64,000 nt of DNA from Chiloscyllium plagiosum (Eukaryota), in NCBI RefSeq assembly GCF_004010195.1, contig NC_057718.1, positions 38,507,821 through 38,571,820 of the forward strand, read 5' to 3'. The first letter of the stretch is position 1. Every line of letters begins with the position of its first letter. Position numbers and translations under genes: made by a program. This document shows positions 26,290 through 39,364 of this stretch, one piece after another. The notes below the pieces were generated by a model. That model had not been told where the DNA came from and ran no database searches. It saw only the letters and a program-made list of their open reading frames with translations.

Positions 26290-27720
26290 GGCACTCTTGG
26301 GAGAAACACAGCCGCATTAGTTCTGCCTGTGTTTACCTGCCATCCTAGTCAATGATTCAATGTGTCTCAGCCAGTCCTGTGGAAGATTTGCAATGCAGAA
26401 TCACCGTAATCCATCATATTTTCCTCTTCCTCTGAAGATGTGCCATTCCTTCATATCTCCCTCTTCAGGATTGAGACCTTTCTAAAAGCCCATTAAATCA
26501 CTGAAATGTGAGAAGTCCTTGACCTACAGAAGGGTGCTCTCTAACCAGCCAAGGCCACCTGCACCACAACTTTGGGGGTCCAGTGGCCTTTTTCTTTTAT
26601 TCATTCATGGGATGTGGGTGTTCTTGGCTGGCCAGCATTTTTGGCTGACCCCAGTTGTCGTTAAGAAGTAGTGGTGAGCAGCATTCTTGAACCACTGCAG
26701 TCCACATGCTGTGGGTTGATCCACAATGCCCATAGGGAGGGAATTCCAGGTTTTTTACCCATTGATAGTGAAAGAACGGTGATATGTTTCCAAGTCAGGA
26801 TAATGAGTGGCTAGGAGGGGAACTTGAAAATGGTGATGTTCCCATGTATCGGCTGCCCTTGTCCTTATAGATGCAAGTGGTCGTGGGTTTGGAATGAGCA
26901 GTCTAAGGATCTTTGGTGAATTTCTGCTCTATGGTACTCCTTATGCTGAGATAGCAGCAGTTTTAGTGCTTCTTTCACTCCATTGTAAGGTTGTATCCAT
27001 AGAAGATCCATAGAATCCCTACAGTGTGGAAACAGCCCCTTTGGCTCATCAAGTCCACACTGACCCTCCGAAAAGTAACTCACCCTACCATTTCCCTACC
27101 CTACATTTTACCCCTAACTAACACATCCCTGAGCACTATGGGCAAATTAGCATGCCAATTTATCTAACCTGTACATCTTTGGATTGTGGGAGGAAACTGG
27201 AGCACTTGGAGAAAACCCATGCAGATACAGGAGAGAATGTGCAAACTCCACACAGACAGTCACCTGAGGGTGGAATCAAACCCAGGTCCTTGGTGCTGTG
27301 AGGCAGCATTGCTAACCACTGAGCCACCGTGCCACCCTCTAACATGTAGTTAGGTGTTAACAGCTATTTCTTCAATGGTTAGCCCTTATCCCGTAGCAGC
27401 CATCATCATAGTCTCTCTCGTGGGATGAGCAGCAGTGGCCCCTCCAATTGTGCCTGGATAAAGAAATTATGGCAGCTGTCAGGAAACCAAGTACATGTCT
27501 GGTGATAACACTTGTGGTGATCATACACCATCTTGTCATTGAGGGAGTGGAATCCCTTCCTATCTATGAATGCCATTGGCTGTTCATTTGGTGTTGAGGG
27601 CCAAATGGGCATCATTGATAACCCACAGCATATGTTTGAAACCAGTGATGGAATCAAATTCTATAATCTTATCTGACTCCATGGCAACATTAGTCTAGAA
27701 ATGTTCACACAGGACATTTG
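26290..27720 (-). mobile_element. Decayed PIF/Harbinger (HARBI1-like) transposase, interrupted by a LINE end and an HE1 SINE
   Basis: Minus strand FIDRKGFHSLN...WFPDSCHN...WLLRDKG*PLKK*LLTP resembles Harbinger motifs NRKGFHS.N / PGS.HD / LLGD.GYPL..WL.TP. Confidence 0.75.
27008..27337 (-). mobile_element. HE1-type SINE
   Basis: Minus-strand head gggtggcacggtggctcagtggttagcaatgctgcctcacagc. Confidence 0.88.
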
Positions 27721-28129
27721 TCTTCTGCCTATTAATATGATGCCTTATCACAAGCAGCTGCCCATCATATTAATAGGCAGAAGACAAAAGGCATTCATGC
27801 CTACTGCTGCAGTTTGAAATTCACCAAAGAAGCAAACAGGTTCAGTACCATTGTCAATTTAACCACCATTGACAGGCAGTGCACACATACAGGACTGATG
27901 TGTGCTGTTCCACCATTAGGGCACACAAGTTATCAACCAGATGCCTTGATAGCTATTGTGGTAGGCATTATTGTCTTTGTGCTCTCTTTGTCTCCCCGCG
28001 TACCTCAGGTTCAGTCAGGTTTATTAGCTATTGGATCAGTTGCTCTTCATTGTTGCTTATTGCCAACATTGAGTTGCTCCAAGCAATTACTTTATTGGAC
28101 AGTTTGTTAATGTGCAGCACTTGATTTTT

Positions 28130-30290
28130 AAGTTGCAAAATTCTCCTGTTATAGCAGTCCAATTTCTACTTCAGTTTATAGTTCCAAAAAAGAATATATC
28201 TGATCTCTTATATCTATCATAACCCATTTTCTCTTCTTTTACGTTTTTGCTATCCAGGGATCTCTGACTTTGTTTGCTCTACATTTTGCTTTCAAAGGAA
28301 TATACATTACCTTGTGCCTGAACTGTCTCCTCTTCTAAGATATTCCATTGCTGAGGACCTTTTTTTCTGCCAACCTTTAACCCCAATTTAGTCAGCGTAG
28401 ATCTGTTCTATATCCATGAAGATGGCTTTTGTCCAGTTAACTATTTTCACTCTGAATTGTTCTTTGTCTTTTTCCATAGCCAGCATAAACATTATGATAC
28501 AATGATCACTGTCCCATAATGTTTTCCTACGGACACTTAATTCACATGGCCCATCAAGAATCAGATCCAGCAGTGCCTCCTTTCTCATTGAACTGAAAAC
28601 ATAATGCTGTAGAAAGTTTTCCTGAATGCACACCAAGAATCCTTGCCATCCTCTGCATTTAGACTACTACTATCTCAGTCTATATTTGGAGAATTAAAGT
28701 TCCTCATTATAACTATTGTATCATGTTTGCACTTCTCAGTAATTATCTTGCAAAGTTGTACCTCGACATCCTTTCCTTCCTCTATTAATGACCTGTAGGC
28801 TCCACCGGACCAATGTAATTGCACCTTCTTTTTGTTTTTTGGTGCAAACCAAATAAATTCTATCCTTGATTCCTGTGGAGCATTTCACATCCTTCAACAC
28901 TGTAATGCTCTCAATTAATATGGCCACTGCTTCTGTCTGTCTTTCTTTCTTTTCTATCTTTCCTGAACAGCTTGTACTTAGACAGCACTGGGTGTTAAAT
29001 ATTCCTAACTTTTAGCCAGGTCTCTGTTATAGCCACGTAACCCTGTACATTCACATACATGCAAAATAACCAGGACATAGATTTTGCTATTTTCGCTTCT
29101 ACTCTTACCTTCACTTTCTGCTCCTTATACTTACGCTATCTTATCTCTACTGGTTTTCTTCCCAGGTATTGTCTCCTGATTCCTACTTCCTTCACAGTTG
29201 ATTTAAACCTCCCTCAATGCCATAGCAAAATGCCCCCTAGGCACTCAGTCCAGCCTCTATTTAGGTGTAACCCTATCCAACCTGTATAGTCCGCTCTCCC
29301 CTAGCGCCAAACCCAGTATTGCCAGAATCTAAATCCCAGCCTTGTGCGCCATCTTTCTACCCATATATTTATCTGCTTTATCCTCTTATTTCTATAATGT
29401 ACTCACTTGCATGTGGTTCTGGGAATAATCTGGAGATTAGTTAACAGAATCTTAGAAGTAGTCACTTTTTACCTAACTCCCAAAGTTCTAACTGTAGGAC
29501 CACTTCAGTTCCTCTATTCCTGATGAAGGGCTTATAACCAAAACGTCGACTCTCCTGCTCCTCGGAGGCTGCCTGACCTGCTGTGCTTTTCCAGCGCCAA
29601 ACATTTTGAATCTGACTCTCCAGCATCTGTAATCCTCACATTCTCTGACCTCATTTTTCTGCCCATACTGATCATACTCCCCTCCCCACCTCACCCATAC
29701 CAGAGTCCTCTGCAGCCACTCAATGTTATCATTGACCCTGGAACCAGGAAAGCCACACAACACCCTGGACTAACATCTGCAGCTGCAGAAATGGCTGTCT
29801 ATTCATTTAACTATCAAATAATCTATCACGACTACTCTACTTGTCTTTCTATTAAATACACCTGAAACCCCCCCCTGCCCCACCCTTTCAGAGCTGAACC
29901 ACATTGGTGCCATGGACTTGACTCTGACTGCACTTCCCAGATAACCGATCACTCTCATCAGTATTCACATCTGATTACTGATTGGAGAGGTGGATGAAGT
30001 TAGTTGTCTCCTGTATCACCTGCTTTTTTGACCATCTGGTGGCCACCCATCTTGTCTCTATTCCCTCTCTGCCTACATACTGTTAAGATGCAGTGTGACT
30101 ATATTTATAAAGGTACTAACCACGGAATTCTCAACCTCATGGATGTTCCAAAATAATGCCAATTGCTGCTCAAGTTCTGAAATTGGGATCTCAGGCTGCT
30201 GCAAACCTCCAGCACAGTGTGAAAAGCATCCTGGAGTTCCCACATAACACAGGATGTGCATTTTTAGAGGTTGGAACAGTCTTCCCATTT
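28130..30290 (-). mobile_element. Decayed CR1 LINE 5' half (ORF1 esterase and endonuclease remnants)
   Basis: FPGSRVNDNIEWLQ resembles ORF1 LPGARVKD. FLQHYV...ALLDLIL...SDHCIIMF resembles the APE domain end. Confidence 0.65.
29515..29646 (+). mobile_element. Penelope pLTR fragment inserted in the CR1
   Basis: cctgatgaagggcttataaccaaaacgtcgactctcctgctcctcggaggctgcctgacctgctgtgcttttccagc, same family as 1192-1399. Confidence 0.75.
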
Positions 30291-31539
30291 TTCTAGTTCT
30301 TAGTTAATCTAGCAGTTAATGTAAACCAATACTAATGGGTCTGCATCTGCTGACACCCCAAGAGCACGTGCATAGCCATGTCAAACAAAATTTATTAAAA
30401 GAAGAATTAAAACTGAGCAGGCACACAAAAATGAAAGGATTTAAATGAAAGCATAGGCTGATACACATGAAAAAGTGTCAAGCAAAGCTTTATTTTTTTA
30501 AATTGATTTTTTAAATCAAAGAATGTATCAGCAAACACTTAAAGAAGCTTTAAGAAACCTATACAAATAAACCCTGCCACTATTAATAAATCATGACAAT
30601 TGATAAGCCTTACTTAAAGTGATAAACCCTCCTAATAGATAACACACCATACCTGTAGGAGTAAATCTTACTGGAAGAGAAAAGATGAGACTCACCAGTT
30701 CCTCACTTATTACTTATTATCATGACTGAATATTTTTAATCTGCTACTTGTTTAGACTCAATCCCTGAGCTGCATTAGTTACCAGACAATCAGCTAACTT
30801 CCTTGTGATGTTACACCACAATTTTGATTTTCTAATTAAGTTCTAAACCCACAAATTGTGTAATAGCAAGCACCAAAGTCTCCTTTGAATTCTCACTTGA
30901 TTTCTTGCTAATTTATGTACCCAAAGACTCTTTTGAACTCTTGCTCCCTGTCTTACATCAGTTTATTATTCTGGTTTATAGTCCCAAAGTATTCTGCAAA
31001 CTCCCATTTGCTGTCTCTCTCTCTGGATTATAGCCCTGAAGTCTCCTCCAAACTATCCTTTGCCGTCTAGGACCCATTTATTACTTTGAAGTCTCCTCTG
31101 AACTCTTGCGTTATCTTATAACCTTAAGTCTCCTCACAACATTCACAGTTGCTCATTTTTCCAGATTGGGTGCTCCCGCCAAGATCTGACCCCCAATAAT
31201 TCCTTCCTATCTGGCCTTAATCCTGATCCCTTTCCTTACCACTCTTAAGACTTGCCTTCCATCCCACCATAAGAGCTGGGACTTTACCTGGTCCTATGGG
31301 CTCCAGAAGATGGGATTATTTTGTTGTTCTAGTAGGAGCCATTACTCCATTGTATTACAAATCTGCCTGCCAATCGGATTGCAATTTCCACAATAAATTA
31401 ACATTCTATAGAGCATTATTTGGCATTGTGGCTGTTGGTCTTGGCAGGGAAATATCCCCCATCAATTTTTTGGTTGGTAGGGTAAAAAAAACAGTCTTCC
31501 AAGGAATTCTTCCCCAAGAGTACTGTATACAATTCTAGC

Positions 31540-32220
31540 CTCCTTATAGGGTGAATATACTTGCATCAGAGGCAATATAGTCAATGTTGACAAGTTTGAT
31601 ATCTGTGTTGACAAGTTTGATATCTGTGGTGAAGAAGTTGCCTTATAAGGAAATGCTGAGCAAGTTGGTCTACACTCAATACATTTTAGAAGAAGAAGGG
31701 CTGATCTTATTGAAATATATAGATTCTAAGGGAATTTAACAGAACAGATGCTGAAAGGATATTACCCCTAGAACTGGGCCATAGTTTTAATGAAAGGAAC
31801 TCCCATTTAAGATGGAGATGAGGAAGACTTTCTTCTCTCAGGGTCATGTGGTGAAGAAGTTGCCTTATAAGGAAATATGGAGCAAGTTGGTCTACACTCA
31901 ATACATTTTAGAAGAAGGAGGGCTGATCTTATTGAAATATATAGATTCTAAGGGAATTTAACAGAACAGATGCTGAGCCGTAGTTTTAATGAAAGGAGCT
32001 CCCATTTAAGATGGAGATGAGGAAGACTTTCTTCTCTCAGGGTCATGAATGTTTGGCATTTTCTCTAGAGAGCTGAGTCATTGAAAATATTTCAAAGCTG
32101 ATATAGAAAGATTATTGATTGATAAGGGAGTTAAGACTTGTAGGGAAAAGGCGGGAAAGTGAGTTGAGACCAAGATTCAATCTGCGGTGATCTTACTGAA
32201 TAGTGGAGCAAGCTTTAGGT
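31540..32220 (+). mobile_element. CR1 3' fragment containing local tandem duplications
   Basis: RADLIEIYRF and FKMEMRKTFFSQ remnants, each present twice. Confidence 0.7.
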
Positions 32221-34169
32221 CACAGAGATGAAATGCAGAAGTTGCTATGGATCATGAATCATTAGAAGTAAGCATAAGGTTGGCCAAGGAGATGGAGAAA
32301 CACCCCATTGGAGAGGCAGGATTGAAAAGGAAGCCAATATTCTGAACGATGTAATTCACAGGAATACAGGATGTGGAATCCATGGGAGGAGAGTGGCCTA
32401 TTCTGCTTAAGCCAAAGATAATGTTCTTGATCTTCCCACTGCAGAACTCAAGAAAGTTAAAACTCATTCAGGGTTCAATATTGGACAATAATCATGGAAG
32501 CAGAGAATGTCCCATAATCCTAATTGCAATCTTGATCCTTTGGGACCCTAAAATATTCTATAATTTCCTGACTACCTAAACTTGTTTAGACTCTCAGAGA
32601 TTCCAAATATCTATCATTGTTGACATATATGTAGTATCCTAATTTTTAAGTGAGCAGAATGGTTATTTTGAAAATAGAGAAACAAGGACTCACAGCCGGA
32701 TAACTAGATATGCTAATTGTCAATGGGAAAAAAAAGGATGGTTGATTTATCGAAATTGCCAAGAAAGTAATTGCAGCTGCAAATAAATTAATTAAAGAGG
32801 CATTTTCTGCTGAACGCACACATTGCTGATAATAATGAAAAGAAGTAGATTGGGTATAGTGCCCTTCAGCTATTCTGAAAAATTCATGCTTTCTTACCAT
32901 TTAACACGAAGGTTTTGGTAAACTGGTTGGCTTGGAAACAGAATTGTGTATGTGAATGTGCTAAGTTTTTAAAGGATCAAGCAACATGAGTAAATTACTC
33001 TAATGCATTTGTAGCTCGTCTGTCAATAAGTGCTTCCATTTAAAGTTATTCTAGTATTTTTATGGAAGAACTACTAGAATCCTAACAGTATTTGAAATAG
33101 CAGTGGGAGAATTGTCTAGGCTGTATACAAGAAAATAATGTACATGTGTTTTATACAGCTTTGAAGGCAAAAATAATAGTTTATTATTATCAGGTGTGAC
33201 ATTAATAGTTCTACCAACTGAGTGATAATTTCTCTTCTGAAAGAAATAAGATATGGAATAGAATGAAGGCACAATTAACCAACGTTAAGAAGTTGTTCTT
33301 CTTGGTTTCTGGAAAGGCATGTTAGCGAATTTAATAAAACAAAATCTGACAATTGTAAAATCCGATCAGAAATAAAAACAACATACCAGAGTGTGTAAAA
33401 TGTTGATCTGCATAAAGAATAAAGATTAATTTTTGGATACTAATGATGAAAAATAACCAAAATGTTAACAAGTAACCTAAGTATTGACTTTTCTCCCTGA
33501 ATAACTATGAATTTCCATCATTTTCTGTGTTATACTTCTATTTCCAGCATTTGCAGTTTCTCTTTTAAGGTACATATAAAGCCAGATGGTTATTAAGCTG
33601 GTGATGGGAAAATCATATTATTTATTAACAAGAAGAAATCCACAAATGTCAAATGCAGAAGGAGTGCATATTATTGCTTACAAATTAGATGCATTCTTGA
33701 CAAATTATTCGTATGAGGGATGCACAGGTAGTGGCAGTGTAAAAGACACATGAATAAATACAATTGTTTGCATTTCAAAAATATGCTGGAATATTTTGAG
33801 CAGGTAGTTGTGTTCATGATTGGATTTTGAAAGGCTTTCAATTCTGCTCATGGAAAACTATTAAGGCTCAAGGGACTAATTTCAAATTAGTTAGCTACAT
33901 TGAAACTGGATTTGCCATAAGGTGGGAAATAAATGAACGGAATTTCTGAAATTGAACAGTTTAACAGAGGTCGTTCCTGAGTTCTGTGTGCTCCATAGCA
34001 ATCATAAACAATAATGACAAAAGAAATATCTACTTAATGTATAGCAAGCTGAGACTTAGATTGATGTCACTATTTTTCTCCACCAGGAAACATTAAAGGA
34101 AATATTTAGTGAGGAGTGTTAAAGAGCAGACAAATTAAAATAATACAACAAAGATAGAAATAAGAATGG

Positions 34170-35470
34170 TGTCCTTCCATGTGCATATCTAACTGATGGT
34201 AATACAGAAAATTTGAGGAAAGAGAAAATAGAAGTAACACAATAATATTGATATTAGTGATAATATTGCCATCACATTGATGGCAGTTTACTGTCACGAA
34301 TTGAGAATTGATTAGTAGATAGGAAACAGAGTTGGAAAAATGAACCTTTTTGGAATGGAAGCCAGTGACTAGTGGATAGCACAAAGATGAGTGCTTTGAC
34401 CCCAGTTATTCACAATATATATCAACAATTTGGATGAGGGAATCAAATGTATTATTTCCAAGTTTGCTGACAGCATATGACTAGGTGCAATTGTAGGTGG
34501 TGAGGACAATGTAAGAAGGCTTCAACGTGATTTCAGTAATTTGAGTGAGTCTGCAAATATTTGGTAGATACAGTAAAACTTTGGATAAGTGTGAAGTTAT
34601 TCACTTTGACAGTAAAAACAAACTGGCAGATTATTATTGTATAACAGTCATTGAAAGCAAGCATGCAAGTGCAGCAAGCAGCTGGACAGGCAAATAATAC
34701 ATTGACTTCGTTGCAAGAGGATGTGAGTTTTATTGCAATTGTACAGGGCTTTAGTGAAACTACTTTGAAATAAAGTGAGGGCTGCAGATGCTGGAGATCA
34801 GAGCTGAAAATGTGTTGCTGGAAAAGCGCAGCAGGTCAGGCAGCATCCAAGGAACAGGAGAATCGACGTTTCGGGCATAAGCCCTTCTTCCTGAAGAAGG
34901 GCTTATGCCCGAAACATCAATTCTCCTGTTCCTTGGATGCTGCCTGACCTGTTGCGCTTTTCCAACAACACATTTTCAGCTTTATTGAAACTACACCTGG
35001 AATACTGTGCAGAGATTTTGTCTCTGTACCAAACATATTATGCTTGAGGTAGGAGTGCAATGGAAGTTCACCAGACTGATTACTGGGATGTTGGTTTTGT
35101 CATATGAAGAGAGGCTAGGTCTGCAATCACTGGACTTTAGATGAATGAAGGGGAACCTCATTGAAATGTATAAACCTCTGTCAGGGTTGGACAGACTGGA
35201 TGCAGAGAAGAAATTTCCCACAGCCAGGGCATCTAGAACCAAGGGTCATGGTCTCAGGATACGGGGTAGGTCATTTATAACTGAGTTGAGGAAGAGTTTC
35301 TTCATTCAGAAGGTAGTGTACCTGTGGAATTCTCAATCACATAAGGCTGTGGAGGCCAAATCACAGAATAAATATAGGAAAGATTGTGTGATGGAGGATC
35401 AGTCGTGTTAATATTGAATGATGGAGCAGGCTCGATCGATTGAATAGCCTTCTCCTCCTATTTTTTATGG
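34170..35470 (+). mobile_element. Decayed CR1 LINE 3' part, interrupted by a Penelope fold-back
   Basis: SKFAD, HLEYC and MKGNLIEMYK..SGLDRLD motifs, plus a 3'UTR. Confidence 0.8.
34772..34981. mobile_element. Penelope-derived near-perfect fold-back element with hammerhead core at 34891-34918
   Basis: Inverted arms of ~89 bp spanning 34802-34981, with few mismatches and almost no spacer. Confidence 0.85.
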
Positions 35471-36639
35471 GGTGAATCTTATTCTTTTTGGCAAAGTCTG
35501 AGATGTGTCGTATTTTTTGGAAAGTTTGTCACTGAGAGGCCAGATAACTTTTCTCATTGTATCTCACCAATCTCATCTCATCAATTACCTATCACGCAGC
35601 TTTGGCATCTCTCGCAATTAACTTTGTCTCATCTTACTCCCTGCTGTTTCTTGAATAGTTCCCTACTCGGTGGATGTTCTGGAATTCACCAATATCTCTT
35701 GCCTTTGTGTCATCTTTGGAAGCTCATTGTGGATCCAGACAAACATAACTTTCCATAACTGCCTGGCAAGGTTGTTGATATTTGCCACAGACATGGTAGG
35801 TGAAGAGAAATTGGCACCCCTTTGGATACTGCTGGATGGGGTAGTGCTGGTGCAGGATTTCCTCCTTCAGGACCAACAGTGGAGGCCACATCTCCCTGAC
35901 TGCACATTGTCCTTGCCACAACATTATAATGCAGCCAGGGGTGAAGCATTGAGTTACAGAGACATCCTATAAGTGGATTGGGGATGGGTCAGGAGAGTTG
36001 TCAGAGGTTGGCACTTTAGATGCCAGTGTCCATGGAGGGTGCACTAAGATGCTTCCAAGTTTCCAACAATGGAAGTTGTTTGGAGAAAGCTGCGAGCAGA
36101 ATCTGCTTGTTTGATAAGGTAAAAGTCTCAATATTATGTGAGGTGAATTGGGCTGTTATCAAGGCATTTAACAACCAATAATGACTATCAGTTTGCAACT
36201 TGCTGCTTGTGAAAAGTACAAAAGATGGCCCAAGTTCTCCCAACATCAACATGGGCTTCCCTGCAATTGTCATGCAATTCTGCCATACCACACATTGCAT
36301 AGAACCCAATAAACTTTTGCCTTAAGTTTCTAAAACTGGAGTGCAGTTGACTATTTTATTACATCGTACCTTTGTAGCTAAACAAGATACTCTTCCTAAT
36401 ATTGTGAAACATTTCTCTTTCTTCTCTTATGAATTTGAAATGTCCCAAGTGAATGCTCATGTTAAAGCAATGTAAAATCTACTCTCTCATATTTGTGCCT
36501 TGGCCAAAAATTACATAGGGACTCCGGCATTAGAATAACCAAGGTATTTGGGAGCATTCTATTATGAAACAGGACAGCTGCAGAATTAGTAATGAAAGCA
36601 TATTATGGTATGTACCTTGGCCTCAGTGGATTAAAAGAG

Positions 36640-37790
36640 GAGATTGATAAAATTATAAGGAATAGTAGTTAGCTTGAACTTGGAAATGATTTAGAAATCA
36701 GCGAAGGGTGACCAAAAATTGCTAAAATGGGGAAAAATCTAAATTAACCAGAAATATAAAAAAAATTCTAAGAGTTTTTACATGTGTCTATAAAGGGGAG
36801 GAGAGTAGTTAAAATAATTATGGACCCATAGATGCAAAAGAGGAGAAATGATCAAAGACACAGACATAGAAGAGATGTTAAACAAATATTTTGTGCCTCT
36901 CATCATCACAGTAGAAGGCACCAGAAATAAAGGATAACCGAAGGACTAATAAAACCCAGGAACATAATTAGTCTGAACAGAGAAATGGTATTAGAGAAAT
37001 TTAAGGGATCATAAGCTGCAAATCTCCAAGACAAAAGGCTCTACATCACTGGCTCTGAAAGAGATAGCAATAGAACTAGTGGATACATTGGTTATGTTTT
37101 TTTGCAAACTTGCCCTAATTTCCAGAATGGTTCCACTTGATAGGAAGTTACCTAGTATAGCACTGCTATTCAAGAAAGGAGGGAAAGAGAAATCAGGAAA
37201 CCACAAGCAGTGTTTCATATGCACAACACAACAGCATGTCCAACACATGGGCTTTATTGAAATGAAACTTATATCTACCTACAAGGTGTGTGCCTCATGG
37301 TAGAGGTTACATTTATATGGCAGACTAGAACAAATATCTGTACGTGATTGCATTTCAATCCAATAGTCTGGCAATTAGCCAGACTATTGGGGAAATTGCT
37401 GAAATCTATTGTTCAGGATGTCTTAAAAATGTATTTAGAAAACCGTAGTATCCTCAGACAGAATTAATATGGTTTTACAAAAAAGAAATTGTATTTAACA
37501 AATGTATTAGAGTTATTTGAGATTAGGAAAGTAAGTATTTATATATAAGTAAAGCCAGTGCATAATGAACTTGGATTTTGAAAATGAATTCAGCAAAATT
37601 AATACACAAGATGGGGACTCATGGAGTTGGGGATAATAGCATGGATAAAGAATGGACAAGATTAGCAATAATCTATCTTTCTGTCACTTTGCCATTGTCA
37701 TTATTATATATTGTAAATATCTAAGACCCCAGCACTAATCCTTGAGGCACTCCAATGGTTACAGCCTGCCAACTTGAAAATTCCCTTCTT
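36640..37790 (+). mobile_element. Decayed CR1 LINE; the terminal piece (~37700-37790) is inverted
   Basis: VPLDRKLPSIALLFKKGGKEKSGN. The short downstream segment reads GVPQGLVLG on the minus strand. Confidence 0.65.
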
Positions 37791-38579
37791 TTGAGGAAGA
37801 GTCATATTTGGCTTGAAACATTAACTCTGTAGACTGGTCATTACATTTCCCGATCAAGCATGTTTTTTTTAACACATGGTTATATAGGTTGGGTGGTTAG
37901 CCCACAACCATCATGTCTCCTCCACAAACTAATTCCCATTATATGAAGGTTGGGCAGACTCTGAAATTGGCAGCCAACCACCATATGTAAATAAGTAATT
38001 AAGGGTCCATCAAGCTTGTTTAAAGCTCAATACATTTGTAGTGGGCAGCCGAGTAGGATGGGTGGCTGTACCTTTTACAGAAGTTTATAAAATGACAGAA
38101 AGGAAAGTGAATGCTATCTTCAGTGCATTTCCTTTGTGCACTGGGGGGAATCTTCCCAAAATTAATAACCTCTCTTCCTTTTCACCCACCTGCTCTGCAA
38201 CACCTTTAACCTTATTCAGAATAGCTGGCAGCACCACAGAATAGGACTGGTTCTCCAGTGATGGTTGGAAGTTCAACGTTTCAGCACTTCAGCTCACCAG
38301 TAATGTGCTATGACTGCAGGGTGAGGTTCCTTCTCATTGGTTAGTTTGCAACTGATTTCTTTCTCGAGAGAGGAGAGACACTGGTGGAATTACTGTTTTT
38401 AGTTTCATAGAGTAGCTGTGGCTCCATCTTCCAGCCAGAGAGTCAGAGGCAATTCTGCCTGTGCTGGTGATGAAAGCCCTGATTACGTTTTTTGTTCCTC
38501 AGGACTTCCAACTTTTAGAGAGGTGTAATGCCAACCTGTTTGACACCTCCCCTTCCCAGCAGCATCACGGGGAGCAATT

Positions 38580-39060
38580 ACCACATTGACAAGGCCCCAC
38601 TGGGAGACTGATAAAGAAGGTAAAAGCACATAGGATCCGGGGGTAAATTGGCAAGATTAATTCAAAATTGACATCGCAGTAAAGAGACAGAGGGTAGTGG
38701 TAGAAGGCTGTTTGTGTGACTGCTGTTGTGTCCATTGGTATACCACAGGCTTTAGTGCTGGGTACCTTATTGTTCATGATTTATATAAATAGTAAAGATG
38801 AGAATGTGGGGAAAGTGATAAGTAATTTTGCAGATGACGTGACAATTGGTCTGATAGGTAATAGTGAGCAAGAAGGTCTTAGGTTGCAGGTAGGATGCAT
38901 TAGTCAGATAGGGAGATCAGTGGCAGATGGAATTTAATCCTGATAAGAGTGAGGTGATGCACTTTTGAAGAAGAGAAAGGAATCCTCAGTAAATGTCAAG
39001 ATACTAGGAGGCTCACAGGATCAGAAGGATTTGGGTTGCTTGTCCATAGATCCCTGAAGG
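38580..39060 (+). mobile_element. CR1 RT fragment
   Basis: GIPQALVLGTLLFMIYIN...ISNFADD. Confidence 0.8.
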
Positions 39061-39066
39061 TTTAAA

Positions 39067-39364
39067 TTAGATTAGATTCCCTACAATGCAGAAACAGGCC
39101 CTCTGCCCAACCAGTCCACACCGACCCTCCGAAGAGTAACCCACCCAGACCCATTTCCCTCTGACTAATACACCTTTTTGCCATGGCCAATTCACCTGAC
39201 CTGCATATCTTTGGACTGTGGGAGGAAACTGGAGCACCAGGAGGAAACCCATGCAGACACGGGGAGAATGTCTAAACTCTACACAATCACCCAAGGCTGG
39301 AATCGAACCTGAGACCCTGGTGCTGTGAGGCAGCAATGCTAACCACTGAGCCGTCATGGTGCCA
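39067..39364 (-). mobile_element. HE1-type SINE
   Basis: Same body and (TCTAA)n tail as the other copies. Confidence 0.88.

Noticed and set aside
32646..32900. 84-aa minus-strand ORF with an internal GTGAGT donor near 32693
   Set aside because: No recognisable protein and an ambiguous acceptor. Too weak to call an exon.
37790..37830. ttgaggaagagtcatatttggcttgaaacattaactctg hammerhead-like remnant (similar at ~62414)
   Set aside because: Probably an old Penelope terminus, but the core and stems are too degenerate to call a ribozyme.
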